This document shows, in pieces, positions 1 to 7,548 of a stretch of 64,000 nucleotides of DNA; within the stretch, counting starts at the first letter, position 1, and every line of letters starts with the position of its first letter. The translations under genes and the position numbers were made by a program. This DNA is from Candidatus Omnitrophota bacterium (lineage in GTDB: Bacteria > Omnitrophota > Gorgyraeia > Gygaellales > JAQTUX01): positions 272,355-336,354 of the forward strand of contig JAQTUX010000002.1 in assembly GCA_028707125.1 (NCBI GenBank), written 5' to 3'. The notes beneath the pieces were generated by a model. The model was not told where the DNA came from. It made no database searches and saw only the letters and a list, made by a program, of their open reading frames with translations.

Positions 1-174
1 TTTGATAACCGTCCTGAAAGACAGGGCTGCCAATATAATAAAAAGGACCCAAAGCAGGGCCGCTATCCCGGGATACCCTATAATATCTAATAAGAAATTC
101 ATAACCTGCCTCATAAAAGAGGCAGAGATAAAGATAAAAGAAGCAAAAATAAGCGTTATCTTAGACGGCTTCAT
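1..174 (-). CDS. hypothetical integral membrane protein, partial (C-terminus lies beyond window start)
   Basis: Minus-strand ATG at 172-174 overlaps the trxB stop in an ATGA arrangement. Hand translation gives MKPSKITLIFASFIFISASFMRQVMNFLLDIIGYPGIAALLWVLFIILAALSF..., hydrophobic and TM-like. Not in the ORF track because it is truncated by the window edge. Confidence 0.45.
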   Translation of the reverse strand, partial: MKPSKITLIFASFIFISASFMRQVMNFLLDIIGYPGIAALLWVLFIILAALSFRTVIK

Positions 175-1076
175 TTCTGCTGCGCCAGATACCTGAATAC
201 GCTCAACGCCGCCTTGGAGCCCTCGCCCGCGGCAATGATGATCTGTTTTTCCGGCACATCTGTAACGTCTCCGGCGGCGAATACAGCCGGGACATTAGTC
301 CTGTTATAGCAATCAACCTTTATTTCGCCTTTTTCGTTTTTATCTATGTCTTTGGCGAATTCGGAATTGGGTATAAGCCCTATTTCCACGAAAACACCCT
401 GCACGTCAATGGTTTTCTCGCCGCCATCGCTATGTACCTTGATCCCGCTTACCATCTTGTCCCCGAAAACAGCGCTGACCCTGCTATTATTAAGCAATGA
501 AACCTTTTTGTTCCGCTCAACCTTTTCACGCATTATGGCGTCTCCGTCTAACTGCGCGCCTATATTGACAAGATAAACGTGGTTGGCGATGTTCATCAGC
601 TGTAAAGCCGCGTCAAGGGCGGAATTGCCGCCGCCGATAACGGCTACGTCCTTTTTGTGAAACAGAGGCGCGTCGCAGGTAGCGCAATAAGTAAGCCCCT
701 TGTTCTTGAATTCCTTCTCTCCGGGCACATCAAGCTCTCTTGACCGCTTTCCGGAGGCGATTATTACAGTCCTTGCTTCGTATGTCCCTTTGCTGCTGCC
801 GACATATATGGAACCGCGCTCACTCTTGAGGCCGGTTATCTTCTCGCCCTCTTTCAATGTTATATTGAACTTGCGCATATGCTCTTCAAACTTTGCCGCA
901 AGTTCCGGCCCGGTAATAAATTGATACCCCGTATAATTCTCTATATCACCGCTTAAAGCGGCCTGGCCGCCCATGTCTTCGCTGACTACCAGAAGGTCCA
1001 TCCCTTTGCGCGCCGCGTATACGCTTGCCGTTATGCCCGCGGGTCCCGCGCCTATTATGATCAGATCATGTATCAT
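171..1076 (-). CDS. trxB: thioredoxin-disulfide reductase family flavoprotein (TrxR-like, copy 1)
   Basis: 301 aa. N-terminal FAD motif IIGAGPAG, redox-active CATCD motif and second NAD(P)H Rossmann VIGGGNSA. Translationally coupled (ATGA overlap) to the upstream glutaredoxin-like gene. Confidence 0.85.
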   Translation of the reverse strand: MIHDLIIIGAGPAGITASVYAARKGMDLLVVSEDMGGQAALSGDIENYTGYQFITGPELAAKFEEHMRKFNITLKEGEKITGLKSERGSIYVGSSKGTYEARTVIIASGKRSRELDVPGEKEFKNKGLTYCATCDAPLFHKKDVAVIGGGNSALDAALQLMNIANHVYLVNIGAQLDGDAIMREKVERNKKVSLLNNSRVSAVFGDKMVSGIKVHSDGGEKTIDVQGVFVEIGLIPNSEFAKDIDKNEKGEIKVDCYNRTNVPAVFAAGDVTDVPEKQIIIAAGEGSKAALSVFRYLAQQK

Positions 1077-1309
1077 AACCCTAATGCCCGGCTTATCCTT
1101 TCTTTATCAAACCCCACTATGATCTCGCCGTCTATATCCAATACCGGGACACCCATCTGTCCCGACTTGCTGACCATCTCCTCCGCCATCGCCTGGTCCC
1201 GCGATACATCAATATCCTCAAACTCAATGTTCCTGTCCTTGAGGAACTGTTTGGCGCGCGTGCAGTATGGGCACGTCGGCGTGCTATATATCATAACCTT
1301 GCTTGGCAT
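1073..1309 (-). CDS. glutaredoxin-like small redoxin (CPYC active site)
   Basis: 78 aa with a TCPYC motif and thioredoxin-fold pattern (…GVPVL…). Sits directly upstream of trxB with a 4-nt overlap. Confidence 0.8.
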   Translation of the reverse strand: MPSKVMIYSTPTCPYCTRAKQFLKDRNIEFEDIDVSRDQAMAEEMVSKSGQMGVPVLDIDGEIIVGFDKERISRALGL

Positions 1310-1319
1310 GATAAACCTC

Positions 1320-1787
1320 CTACAACTTCTTTCTTAATTCTGTCAATTTATTCAAATGCCCCCGCTCCTGCTTGATCAATCCATCAATTAAGCCCTGCTC
1401 CCTTTTTTCTACACCCGTCTTCATGCCTTCGTAGAAGACGATGGATTCTTTTTCAAGCCCTATGCCCATATCAACCGCCTCTTTGTCGGTTTTTATCTTT
1501 CCGGCGATCTCCGCGCCTTTGCCCCTTCGCGTAAACACATATTTTGCCGCTATCGCGTTCATATAGGCGAAATACTCCTGCGGATATGCCTCCCTGGGCT
1601 CGTATTGATGCGCCGCCCGCAGTATCTGCTCAAATGTCTTTATGTGTTTTTCTTCCGCCTCAGCGAGATACTTAAATATCCCCTTCGCCTCAGCGTCAGG
1701 CGACCGCTCAAACAATGTATTGTAGAAATCTCTCCCGTTCTCCTCTATCTGGATCCCCAGCTCCGCTATCTCTGCCGCGCTGAACAT
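1320..1787 (-). CDS. ferritin-like diiron protein (rubrerythrin family, no rubredoxin domain)
   Basis: Contains the E..E..H diiron helix motif YLAEAEEKH. The start is trimmed to the MFSAAEI Met at 1787, which is preceded by GAGGAGAGGA and lies just downstream of the stop (1799) of the next gene; the ORF-track N-terminal extension would overlap that gene. Confidence 0.65.
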   Translation of the reverse strand: MFSAAEIAELGIQIEENGRDFYNTLFERSPDAEAKGIFKYLAEAEEKHIKTFEQILRAAHQYEPREAYPQEYFAYMNAIAAKYVFTRRGKGAEIAGKIKTDKEAVDMGIGLEKESIVFYEGMKTGVEKREQGLIDGLIKQERGHLNKLTELRKKL

Positions 1788-1798
1788 TCCTCTCCTCT

Positions 1799-2269
1799 CT
1801 AGCCCTGCTGTTTTATATGATGGGGCGTAAGATTCACGATCTCCTTTACATCCATGACAATCATATATTCGGGAGTAGGCAAGGCGACTTCGGGATGCCT
1901 GGGATGTCCTTTTTGCCCGCTGATATTCTTCAACACCCTGTGCGTTATCCGTTGGGTGATCTTGGCCTCCCACTCCCTGATGATGTGGGGCTGGAGCCGG
2001 TCCTCTCTTATTACCTTAGCCACGCCCTTAAGGCAGAAGCCGGCGAACTTATGCTCATCCACAGCGGTAATAGACATACGCCTGTTATGCCTGAGGTTTT
2101 CGTATGTCCTCTCTTTGTACAGGTCCAGCAGATAAATACGGCCGCTGCCGTCTATCTTCACTATGCCCTTGCAGGAATTATGGGGCGTGCCGTCCCTGCC
2201 GACTGTAGAAACTATGACAAAATTCTGGCTTCGCAAAAAATGCGCTATGTTCTCGTTCAATCTTTTCAT
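1799..2269 (-). CDS. pyridoxamine 5'-phosphate oxidase-like FMN-binding protein
   Basis: 156 aa. The split-barrel PNPOx family pattern (…FVIVSTVGRDGTPH…) is recognised by eye from family knowledge. Confidence 0.55.
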   Translation of the reverse strand: MKRLNENIAHFLRSQNFVIVSTVGRDGTPHNSCKGIVKIDGSGRIYLLDLYKERTYENLRHNRRMSITAVDEHKFAGFCLKGVAKVIREDRLQPHIIREWEAKITQRITHRVLKNISGQKGHPRHPEVALPTPEYMIVMDVKEIVNLTPHHIKQQG

Positions 2270-2410
2270 GACAACACCTTTATGCTGATGACTGGCGGGC
2301 AGTTTTGCGTCTTGCCCAGGACATGATACTACAGCCCTCTTTACAATGTGTAACGGGCCTGATCATCCATCTGATAATCGCCATCATCTCAATCTCACCC
2401 CCCTTATAAT

Positions 2411-2575
2411 CTATCCCTGCACCTTCTCAAACAGGTCTTTGCCTACGCCGCACTCAGGGCAAACCCAATCGGCTGGCAGGTCTTCAAAGGCGGTCCCCGG
2501 GTTGACGCCGTTGGCCGGGTCTCCCGCCGCCGGATCGTATATATAACCGCATACGGTACAACGATACTTCTGCAT
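2411..2575 (-). CDS. rub: rubredoxin (54 aa)
   Basis: Hand translation of the minus strand gives [54 protein letters not shown], with the two CxxCG knuckles and the aromatic core typical of rubredoxin. It is under 60 aa, so it is absent from the ORF track. Confidence 0.85.
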   Translation of the reverse strand: MQKYRCTVCGYIYDPAAGDPANGVNPGTAFEDLPADWVCPECGVGKDLFEKVQG

Positions 2576-2601
2576 GGCCTCTCCCTCCTATAATGCCGTT
2601 G

Positions 2602-2778
2602 CTATTTTTCCATTTCCCGGATCTTCTTCTCAAGCAACTCCTTGTGCCTATATTCTTCGTTGCTTAAAAAAACGCAGATATCCTTTATTACCGGGTGCTC
2701 GACTCCCAGCCGTTCATAAAACTCCATTGCCTCTATTTCCTTGGACAACGCCAATTCCAATGCCTCGCTCGGTACCAT
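2602..2778 (-). CDS. small ferritin-like/rubrerythrin-like half-domain protein (58 aa)
   Basis: Hand translation gives MVPSEALELALSKEIEAMEFYERLGVEHPVIKDICVFLSNEEYRHKELLEKKIREMEK, with E..E..Y…EE..H spacing like one helix pair of a diiron ferritin-like domain. Sits between the rubredoxin and the pterin dehydratase. Not in the ORF track. Confidence 0.45.
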   Translation of the reverse strand: MVPSEALELALSKEIEAMEFYERLGVEHPVIKDICVFLSNEEYRHKELLEKKIREMEK

Positions 2779-2796
2779 CGGCCCCTCCTCCCGGAT

Positions 2797-3141
2797 CTAA
2801 ATGACAGCGTCTATCTTAGCTGCCATGATAAAATCGTTCTCGGATAAACCCTTTACGGCATGGGTAGACAGGGTAATCCTGACTTTGTTATAGGAAATGA
2901 ATATATTGGGATGGTGCCCTTCGTTTTCCGCCAGTTCCGCGACCTTATTTACAAAACTCATTGACTCTTTGAAATCCTTGAATTTAAATTCCTTCTTTAT
3001 TTTTACCGCCTCTTCCAGCTCCCAGTCCTGCAGCGCGGACGCGTACCCCCTTGCCTGTTCTTCAGGCATAGCAAGGCCTCCTGCTTCACAGGGCCGGCAT
3101 TTCTTAACCCGCAACAACTCTGCTTCTCTATTATCTGTCAT
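2797..3141 (-). CDS. pterin-4a-carbinolamine dehydratase (PCD/DCoH family)
   Basis: Motif …EGHHPNIFISYNKVRITLSTHAV… matches the PCD signature [EDKH]-x(3)-H-[HN]-P-x(5,6)-[YW]-x(9)-H-x(8,9)-D. The start is set at MTDNREAE (3141); the ORF-track alternative is 3195. Confidence 0.7.
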   Translation of the reverse strand: MTDNREAELLRVKKCRPCEAGGLAMPEEQARGYASALQDWELEEAVKIKKEFKFKDFKESMSFVNKVAELAENEGHHPNIFISYNKVRITLSTHAVKGLSENDFIMAAKIDAVI

Positions 3142-3205
3142 AACTGTCTTCCGGATATTTACTATAAAATATAACGCTTCTTTTGTAAAGCGCAAAGTGC
3201 CGCGC

Positions 3206-4381
3206 TTAACCGCGGGTATATCCGGCTATCTTTCTGCCGAACTCAAAACACTCTGATAGCTGCCCGGGCGTGGGGACGTATCTTATCTCAATACTGTCCA
3301 GCACCTCTATGTTCATCTTTGTCAATTCTTCATTTATGGCCTTTACAGCCCCTTTTCCCCAGCCGTAGCTTCCGAAAGATGCGGCCTTTTTGTTTACCGG
3401 CCTTATCCCTTTAAGAAAGGTCATAAAGCCGCCGACCGTGGGATACATCCCCATATTTAAGACGGGTGAGCCGATGGCTATTATCCGGGACTCCATTATA
3501 TCCGCCATTATCTCGCTCCAGTCGCTGGAGCGCAGGTTAAACACCGTAACATCCACGCCCTCCTGCTCAATGCCCCGCGCGATCTCCTGCGCCATCTTAT
3601 CCGTGCTCTGCCACATCGTATCAAAGACGATCGTGACCTTTGGCTCCGCCTCTCCGCTGCTCCAGCGCTTGTAGGCGTCAATTATCTTTCCGGGGCCGCG
3701 CCAGATCAAGCCGTGGGCAGGGGCTATCATTTTCAAGTTGAGCTTCATCTTTTCCAGCTCTTTGAGTTTATCCTGCGCCAGATTGGAATACATGCTTACT
3801 ATTACCGCGAAGTACCTGGCCGCCTCGCGCATGACCACATCTCCTAATTCGTCGTCAAAACGCTGATGGGTCGCTATATGCTGGCCAAAGGCGTCGTTGG
3901 TGAACAACATCTCTTCTTCTTTTACATACGTAAACATATTGTCCGGCCAGTGAAGCATGGCGGCTTCAATAAACTCAAGCGTCCTTTTGCCCAGTTTTAA
4001 TGTATCGCCTGTCTTTACGGCCTCGGCATTCCAGTCAGTACCGAAGTGCGACAGCAGGCCGTCCTTGCCCGCCTTAGTGGCGATGATCTTCGCGTTTACG
4101 GCGTATTTTTTAAGTTCCGGCAGGCATCCGGCATGGTCGCGCTCTGAATGCTGGCAGATGATATAGTCGATCTTCGCCGGGTCAACGATCTCCCTTATCC
4201 TCTCCAGCATAATATGCTCAAAACCATTCTTCACCGCGTCCACAAGCGCGATCTTATCGTCTATAATAAGATAGGAGTTATACGTTGTGCCGCGCGGCGT
4301 AGTGTAGGAACCGCAAAAGCGCAGATTCCAGTCGATCGCTCCTACCCAATAAATATCTGGCGCTATCTTTACTGCCGGCAT
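3206..4381 (-). CDS. fprA: flavodiiron protein (FprA/ROO type; metallo-beta-lactamase-like diiron domain plus flavodoxin domain)
   Basis: 391 aa. The N-terminal MBL-like domain carries HSERDH (H-x-E-x-D-H diiron ligands) and the C-terminal part is a flavodoxin-like domain; size and order are typical of class A FDPs. Confidence 0.8.
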   Translation of the reverse strand: MPAVKIAPDIYWVGAIDWNLRFCGSYTTPRGTTYNSYLIIDDKIALVDAVKNGFEHIMLERIREIVDPAKIDYIICQHSERDHAGCLPELKKYAVNAKIIATKAGKDGLLSHFGTDWNAEAVKTGDTLKLGKRTLEFIEAAMLHWPDNMFTYVKEEEMLFTNDAFGQHIATHQRFDDELGDVVMREAARYFAVIVSMYSNLAQDKLKELEKMKLNLKMIAPAHGLIWRGPGKIIDAYKRWSSGEAEPKVTIVFDTMWQSTDKMAQEIARGIEQEGVDVTVFNLRSSDWSEIMADIMESRIIAIGSPVLNMGMYPTVGGFMTFLKGIRPVNKKAASFGSYGWGKGAVKAINEELTKMNIEVLDSIEIRYVPTPGQLSECFEFGRKIAGYTRG

Positions 4382-4392
4382 ACCCTGTCCTC

Positions 4393-5241
4393 CTATATAT
4401 TCTTTTCCAGTAATTGCCTGATCTTGGATCCTCTATCTACTTGCGCGCCGTAATCCCGAAACGGCTCTTCAAATGTCGCGGCTTCCTTCTTATAAAATGT
4501 CCCCAGGGCGATCGGCGCCTCTTTGTTATAATCCCACTCCCTTATTTTTTGCAGGGCGCCGTCATAGTTACGCGGGTCATGGTCTTTTAGTTCATACGCG
4601 TGCCTGGTATAATACTGATACATATTGTAGAAGGTAACGCATACCTGCAATACGTCTACCAGGGAAAATCCCTTGTGCGCCAACGCCTCCTTAAAAATAC
4701 CCTTAAGAAGCTCTATGCCGTGGGAATAACCCCTGGCAAGGAAGGTGGCGCCGCTTGAAAGCATAAGTTCGAGGGGATTTATGGGCAACTCCCTGGTGCC
4801 GAACGGCGTGGAGCGGCCCCTGAAACCCAACGGCGAAGTAGGTGTATATTGGCCGGTTGTAAGCCCGTATACCCGGTTGTTGTGTATGATCATTGTTATG
4901 TCTATATTGCGTTTAGCGGCAAATATGAGATGCTCCAAGCCCTCCCCGTAAGCGTCTCCGTCTCCGGCGAAGCCGATTACCTTTAAATCAGGGTTCGCCA
5001 GCTTTATGCCGATGGCTACCGGCACAACCCTGCCGTGTATGGAATAAAAACTGTTGACGTTGATATAATCAACTATCTTAGCGTGGCATCCTATGCCGGA
5101 AACCAGGACAACCTTCTCCAGAGGGAAACCCTCATTCCTCAACTCATCAAGTATGGCCTTGACAGCATTAAGGATGGCGAAGTTTCCGCAGCCCGGACAC
5201 CAGGTATTTACGGCGTAAGTGCCTAAGTCATTCTGGCTCAT
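4393..5241 (-). CDS. korB: 2-oxoacid:ferredoxin oxidoreductase, beta subunit (TPP-binding)
   Basis: 282 aa. The N-terminal Cys cluster (CPGCG…, Fe-S ligands) and the GDG…N TPP-binding fold are typical of OFOR beta subunits. Overlaps the alpha-subunit gene by 4 nt. Confidence 0.8.
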   Translation of the reverse strand: MSQNDLGTYAVNTWCPGCGNFAILNAVKAILDELRNEGFPLEKVVLVSGIGCHAKIVDYINVNSFYSIHGRVVPVAIGIKLANPDLKVIGFAGDGDAYGEGLEHLIFAAKRNIDITMIIHNNRVYGLTTGQYTPTSPLGFRGRSTPFGTRELPINPLELMLSSGATFLARGYSHGIELLKGIFKEALAHKGFSLVDVLQVCVTFYNMYQYYTRHAYELKDHDPRNYDGALQKIREWDYNKEAPIALGTFYKKEAATFEEPFRDYGAQVDRGSKIRQLLEKNI

Positions 5242-6890
5242 CTCATCGCCTCGCCTAATCTGGATTCTAACTCATCCAAAGAAAACGGCCTTCCATCGTA
5301 TTTCAGTATCATTTTGTCAACCTTCAGGCCGCGCGCTGACATAAGGCCCGCGAGCATTCCTGTGGCGTTATTTTCCACGCAGATTACCTTTTTGGCGCCT
5401 TTGAGCGCTTCACTGAACTGCTTTAAGGGGAACGGTGAAAGCACAAGCGGCTGTATCACCTTAAGCCCCAACTTTTCCGCTGCCTCAACGCATACACCTT
5501 TATTAGAGCCCCAGCAGACAACCGCGCATTCAGCAGAAGGATTACCGTACGCCTTTACCGCTCTATATTTCTCCAAATCCTGCGCCAGGTATTTCTCCTT
5601 GCGCAGGCGCTTATCGTAAGAAGAGGTGATCGTCGCGGGATCTTCAGTGGTTATACCGTAGTCATCGTGCTCATAACTGCTGGCCTTTATAACCGCGCCT
5701 TTACGCGGGACAAATGCCAGGGGAGAAACCCCTGTTTCCGTATTCAGGTATCTTTTATAATCACCGTCTTTATCCCATAAGAGCGGCGGTTCCTCTTTTA
5801 CGCTGTCTACGGCGGATGCCTCAAAGCTGAATGTTGCCTCGTTTAATGTCTTATCGGTCAGGACAAAACACGGTATCTGGTATTTCCAGGCGATGTTTAA
5901 CGCGACCGCTGACCAGTAACAGGCCTCTTCCGCGTCTCCGGGGGCTGTTACAAGCCTCACAAACTCTCCGTGACCGGCGTTTAGAACAAAATTCAGGTCT
6001 GCCTGCGCCGTATATGTGGGGACCCCTGTGGAAGGGCCTGGCCGCTGCCCCATGACAATAACTACGGGCAGCTCTGCCATACCCGCCAAACTCAACCCTT
6101 CATTCATCAGGCAGAAGCCGCCGCCTGAAGTGCCTACGGCGGCCTTCTCTCCGCAATAGGCGAAACCCAGCGCCATTAATATCACGGAAATCTCGCTTTC
6201 CGGATGAACCACCTTTAAGGAAAACTCCTTTGAAAGCCCGGCGAGAAAATGCAGGACGCCGGAAGAAGGTGTCATAGGATAGGCAATGTATGACTTAAGC
6301 CCTGCCTTAATAAGGCCTAAACCGATCGCTTCATTACCTGTAAATAGAGAAAAAGGCGCCTGAGATATCGCCGGCAGGGCAAGCGACTCTTCTGTTTCGT
6401 TGTAACCCCGCAAGGCGATCTTGATATTCAAATCGGCCTCTCTGGGAATATGTTTCTTAAATACCTCCTCCAGAATATCCTGTTTTATTCCCGCCGCCCT
6501 GCAAAAGGCGCCTATAATGCAGGAGTTGCGCATTATCGCGGAGCCGCCTTCTTCCTTGATCATCTTTTCTAAAGGCAGGCCGCTGCCTTTTGACTTAACC
6601 GTATCCGAATCATAGACTATCAGTGAGTTATCTTTAAGGCGGTGTTTGTGAAGGTCCACCGTATCCTGATTTAAGGCGAGTAGAACGTCTATCTTATCAC
6701 GATGAACAGCGATCTTTTTCTCAGACGCCCGGATAATAGCAAAGTTATGCCCCCCTCTTATAAGTGAGGGATAGTCCAGGTATACATATATACGCCAACC
6801 CAGGCGGTTGAGCAGATGCGCGATAAGGGAGGCGGCCTGGTTTATGCCCTCCCCTGCCTTTCCGCCGATAAGAACCGAGAAATCAGCCAT
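5238..6890 (-). CDS. korA: 2-oxoacid:ferredoxin oxidoreductase, fused gamma-alpha subunit
   Basis: 550 aa. N-terminal gamma-type domain (MADFSVLIGGKAGEGI…) followed by an OFOR alpha domain (…AYPMTPSS…); a two-subunit, 2-oxoglutarate/2-oxoisovalerate-type OFOR. Confidence 0.8.
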   Translation of the reverse strand: MADFSVLIGGKAGEGINQAASLIAHLLNRLGWRIYVYLDYPSLIRGGHNFAIIRASEKKIAVHRDKIDVLLALNQDTVDLHKHRLKDNSLIVYDSDTVKSKGSGLPLEKMIKEEGGSAIMRNSCIIGAFCRAAGIKQDILEEVFKKHIPREADLNIKIALRGYNETEESLALPAISQAPFSLFTGNEAIGLGLIKAGLKSYIAYPMTPSSGVLHFLAGLSKEFSLKVVHPESEISVILMALGFAYCGEKAAVGTSGGGFCLMNEGLSLAGMAELPVVIVMGQRPGPSTGVPTYTAQADLNFVLNAGHGEFVRLVTAPGDAEEACYWSAVALNIAWKYQIPCFVLTDKTLNEATFSFEASAVDSVKEEPPLLWDKDGDYKRYLNTETGVSPLAFVPRKGAVIKASSYEHDDYGITTEDPATITSSYDKRLRKEKYLAQDLEKYRAVKAYGNPSAECAVVCWGSNKGVCVEAAEKLGLKVIQPLVLSPFPLKQFSEALKGAKKVICVENNATGMLAGLMSARGLKVDKMILKYDGRPFSLDELESRLGEAMR

Positions 6891-7495
6891 TATTTTAGAT
6901 TGTCTGCGACCTTACCTACCATCTCTTTACCGGGTGTAAGTGTTTTCTCTCCCGGCTGCCATCTCGCGGGGCATACCTGCGCGGGATTCTCCCTGACATG
7001 CTTGAACGCCCTGAGCTTTCTTAATAATTCATCGGAATTCCTGCCTACCGGAAAATAATTCACCTCTGAGGCAACGAGTTTTCTATCGGGATCAACAATA
7101 AATGTGCCCCGCAATGCCAGTCCGGTTGACTCGTCGTAGACCCCGAAGGTCTTGGAGACAATATGAGTGGGGTCTGCCCCCATGGGGTACCTTATACCGG
7201 CCAGCAGCGCCTCAGATCTCTGCCAGGCGTAATGCACAAAATGAGTGTCGGTGCTCAGGGAAATCAACTCCGCGCCTTCTTTCCTGAGTTCTTCGTATTT
7301 TTCCGCCACATCAGCAAGTTCGGTGGGGCAGACAAACGTATAATCGGCAGGATAAAAGAAAAGTATCAACCAGTTGCCCCTCTTGGAGATGTCCGTGAAT
7401 TTGATCTTAGCGAAATCCTTCTTCTCGGTCAGGTAAACATCTATCTCGAACTCAGGGATCTTATCGCCTATCTTTAATATATTGATCTCTTCCAT
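6890..7495 (-). CDS. peroxiredoxin (AhpC/TSA family thiol peroxidase)
   Basis: Peroxidatic motif FYPADYTFVCPTEL. The start is trimmed to MEEINILK at 7495, preceded by GGAAGGAGG. Confidence 0.85.
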   Translation of the reverse strand: MEEINILKIGDKIPEFEIDVYLTEKKDFAKIKFTDISKRGNWLILFFYPADYTFVCPTELADVAEKYEELRKEGAELISLSTDTHFVHYAWQRSEALLAGIRYPMGADPTHIVSKTFGVYDESTGLALRGTFIVDPDRKLVASEVNYFPVGRNSDELLRKLRAFKHVRENPAQVCPARWQPGEKTLTPGKEMVGKVADNLK

Positions 7496-7548
7496 AAAGG
7501 GCCTCCTTCCCAACACTTTTATATCACCGAATCAGGAAAATGACAATA

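Noticed and set aside
2346-2804. Plus-strand ORFs 2346-2546 (66 aa) and 2574-2804 (76 aa)
   Set aside because: The same DNA encodes a textbook rubredoxin and a ferritin-like peptide on the minus strand, co-directional with the operon. The plus-strand peptides are Pro/Ser-rich with no recognisable fold.
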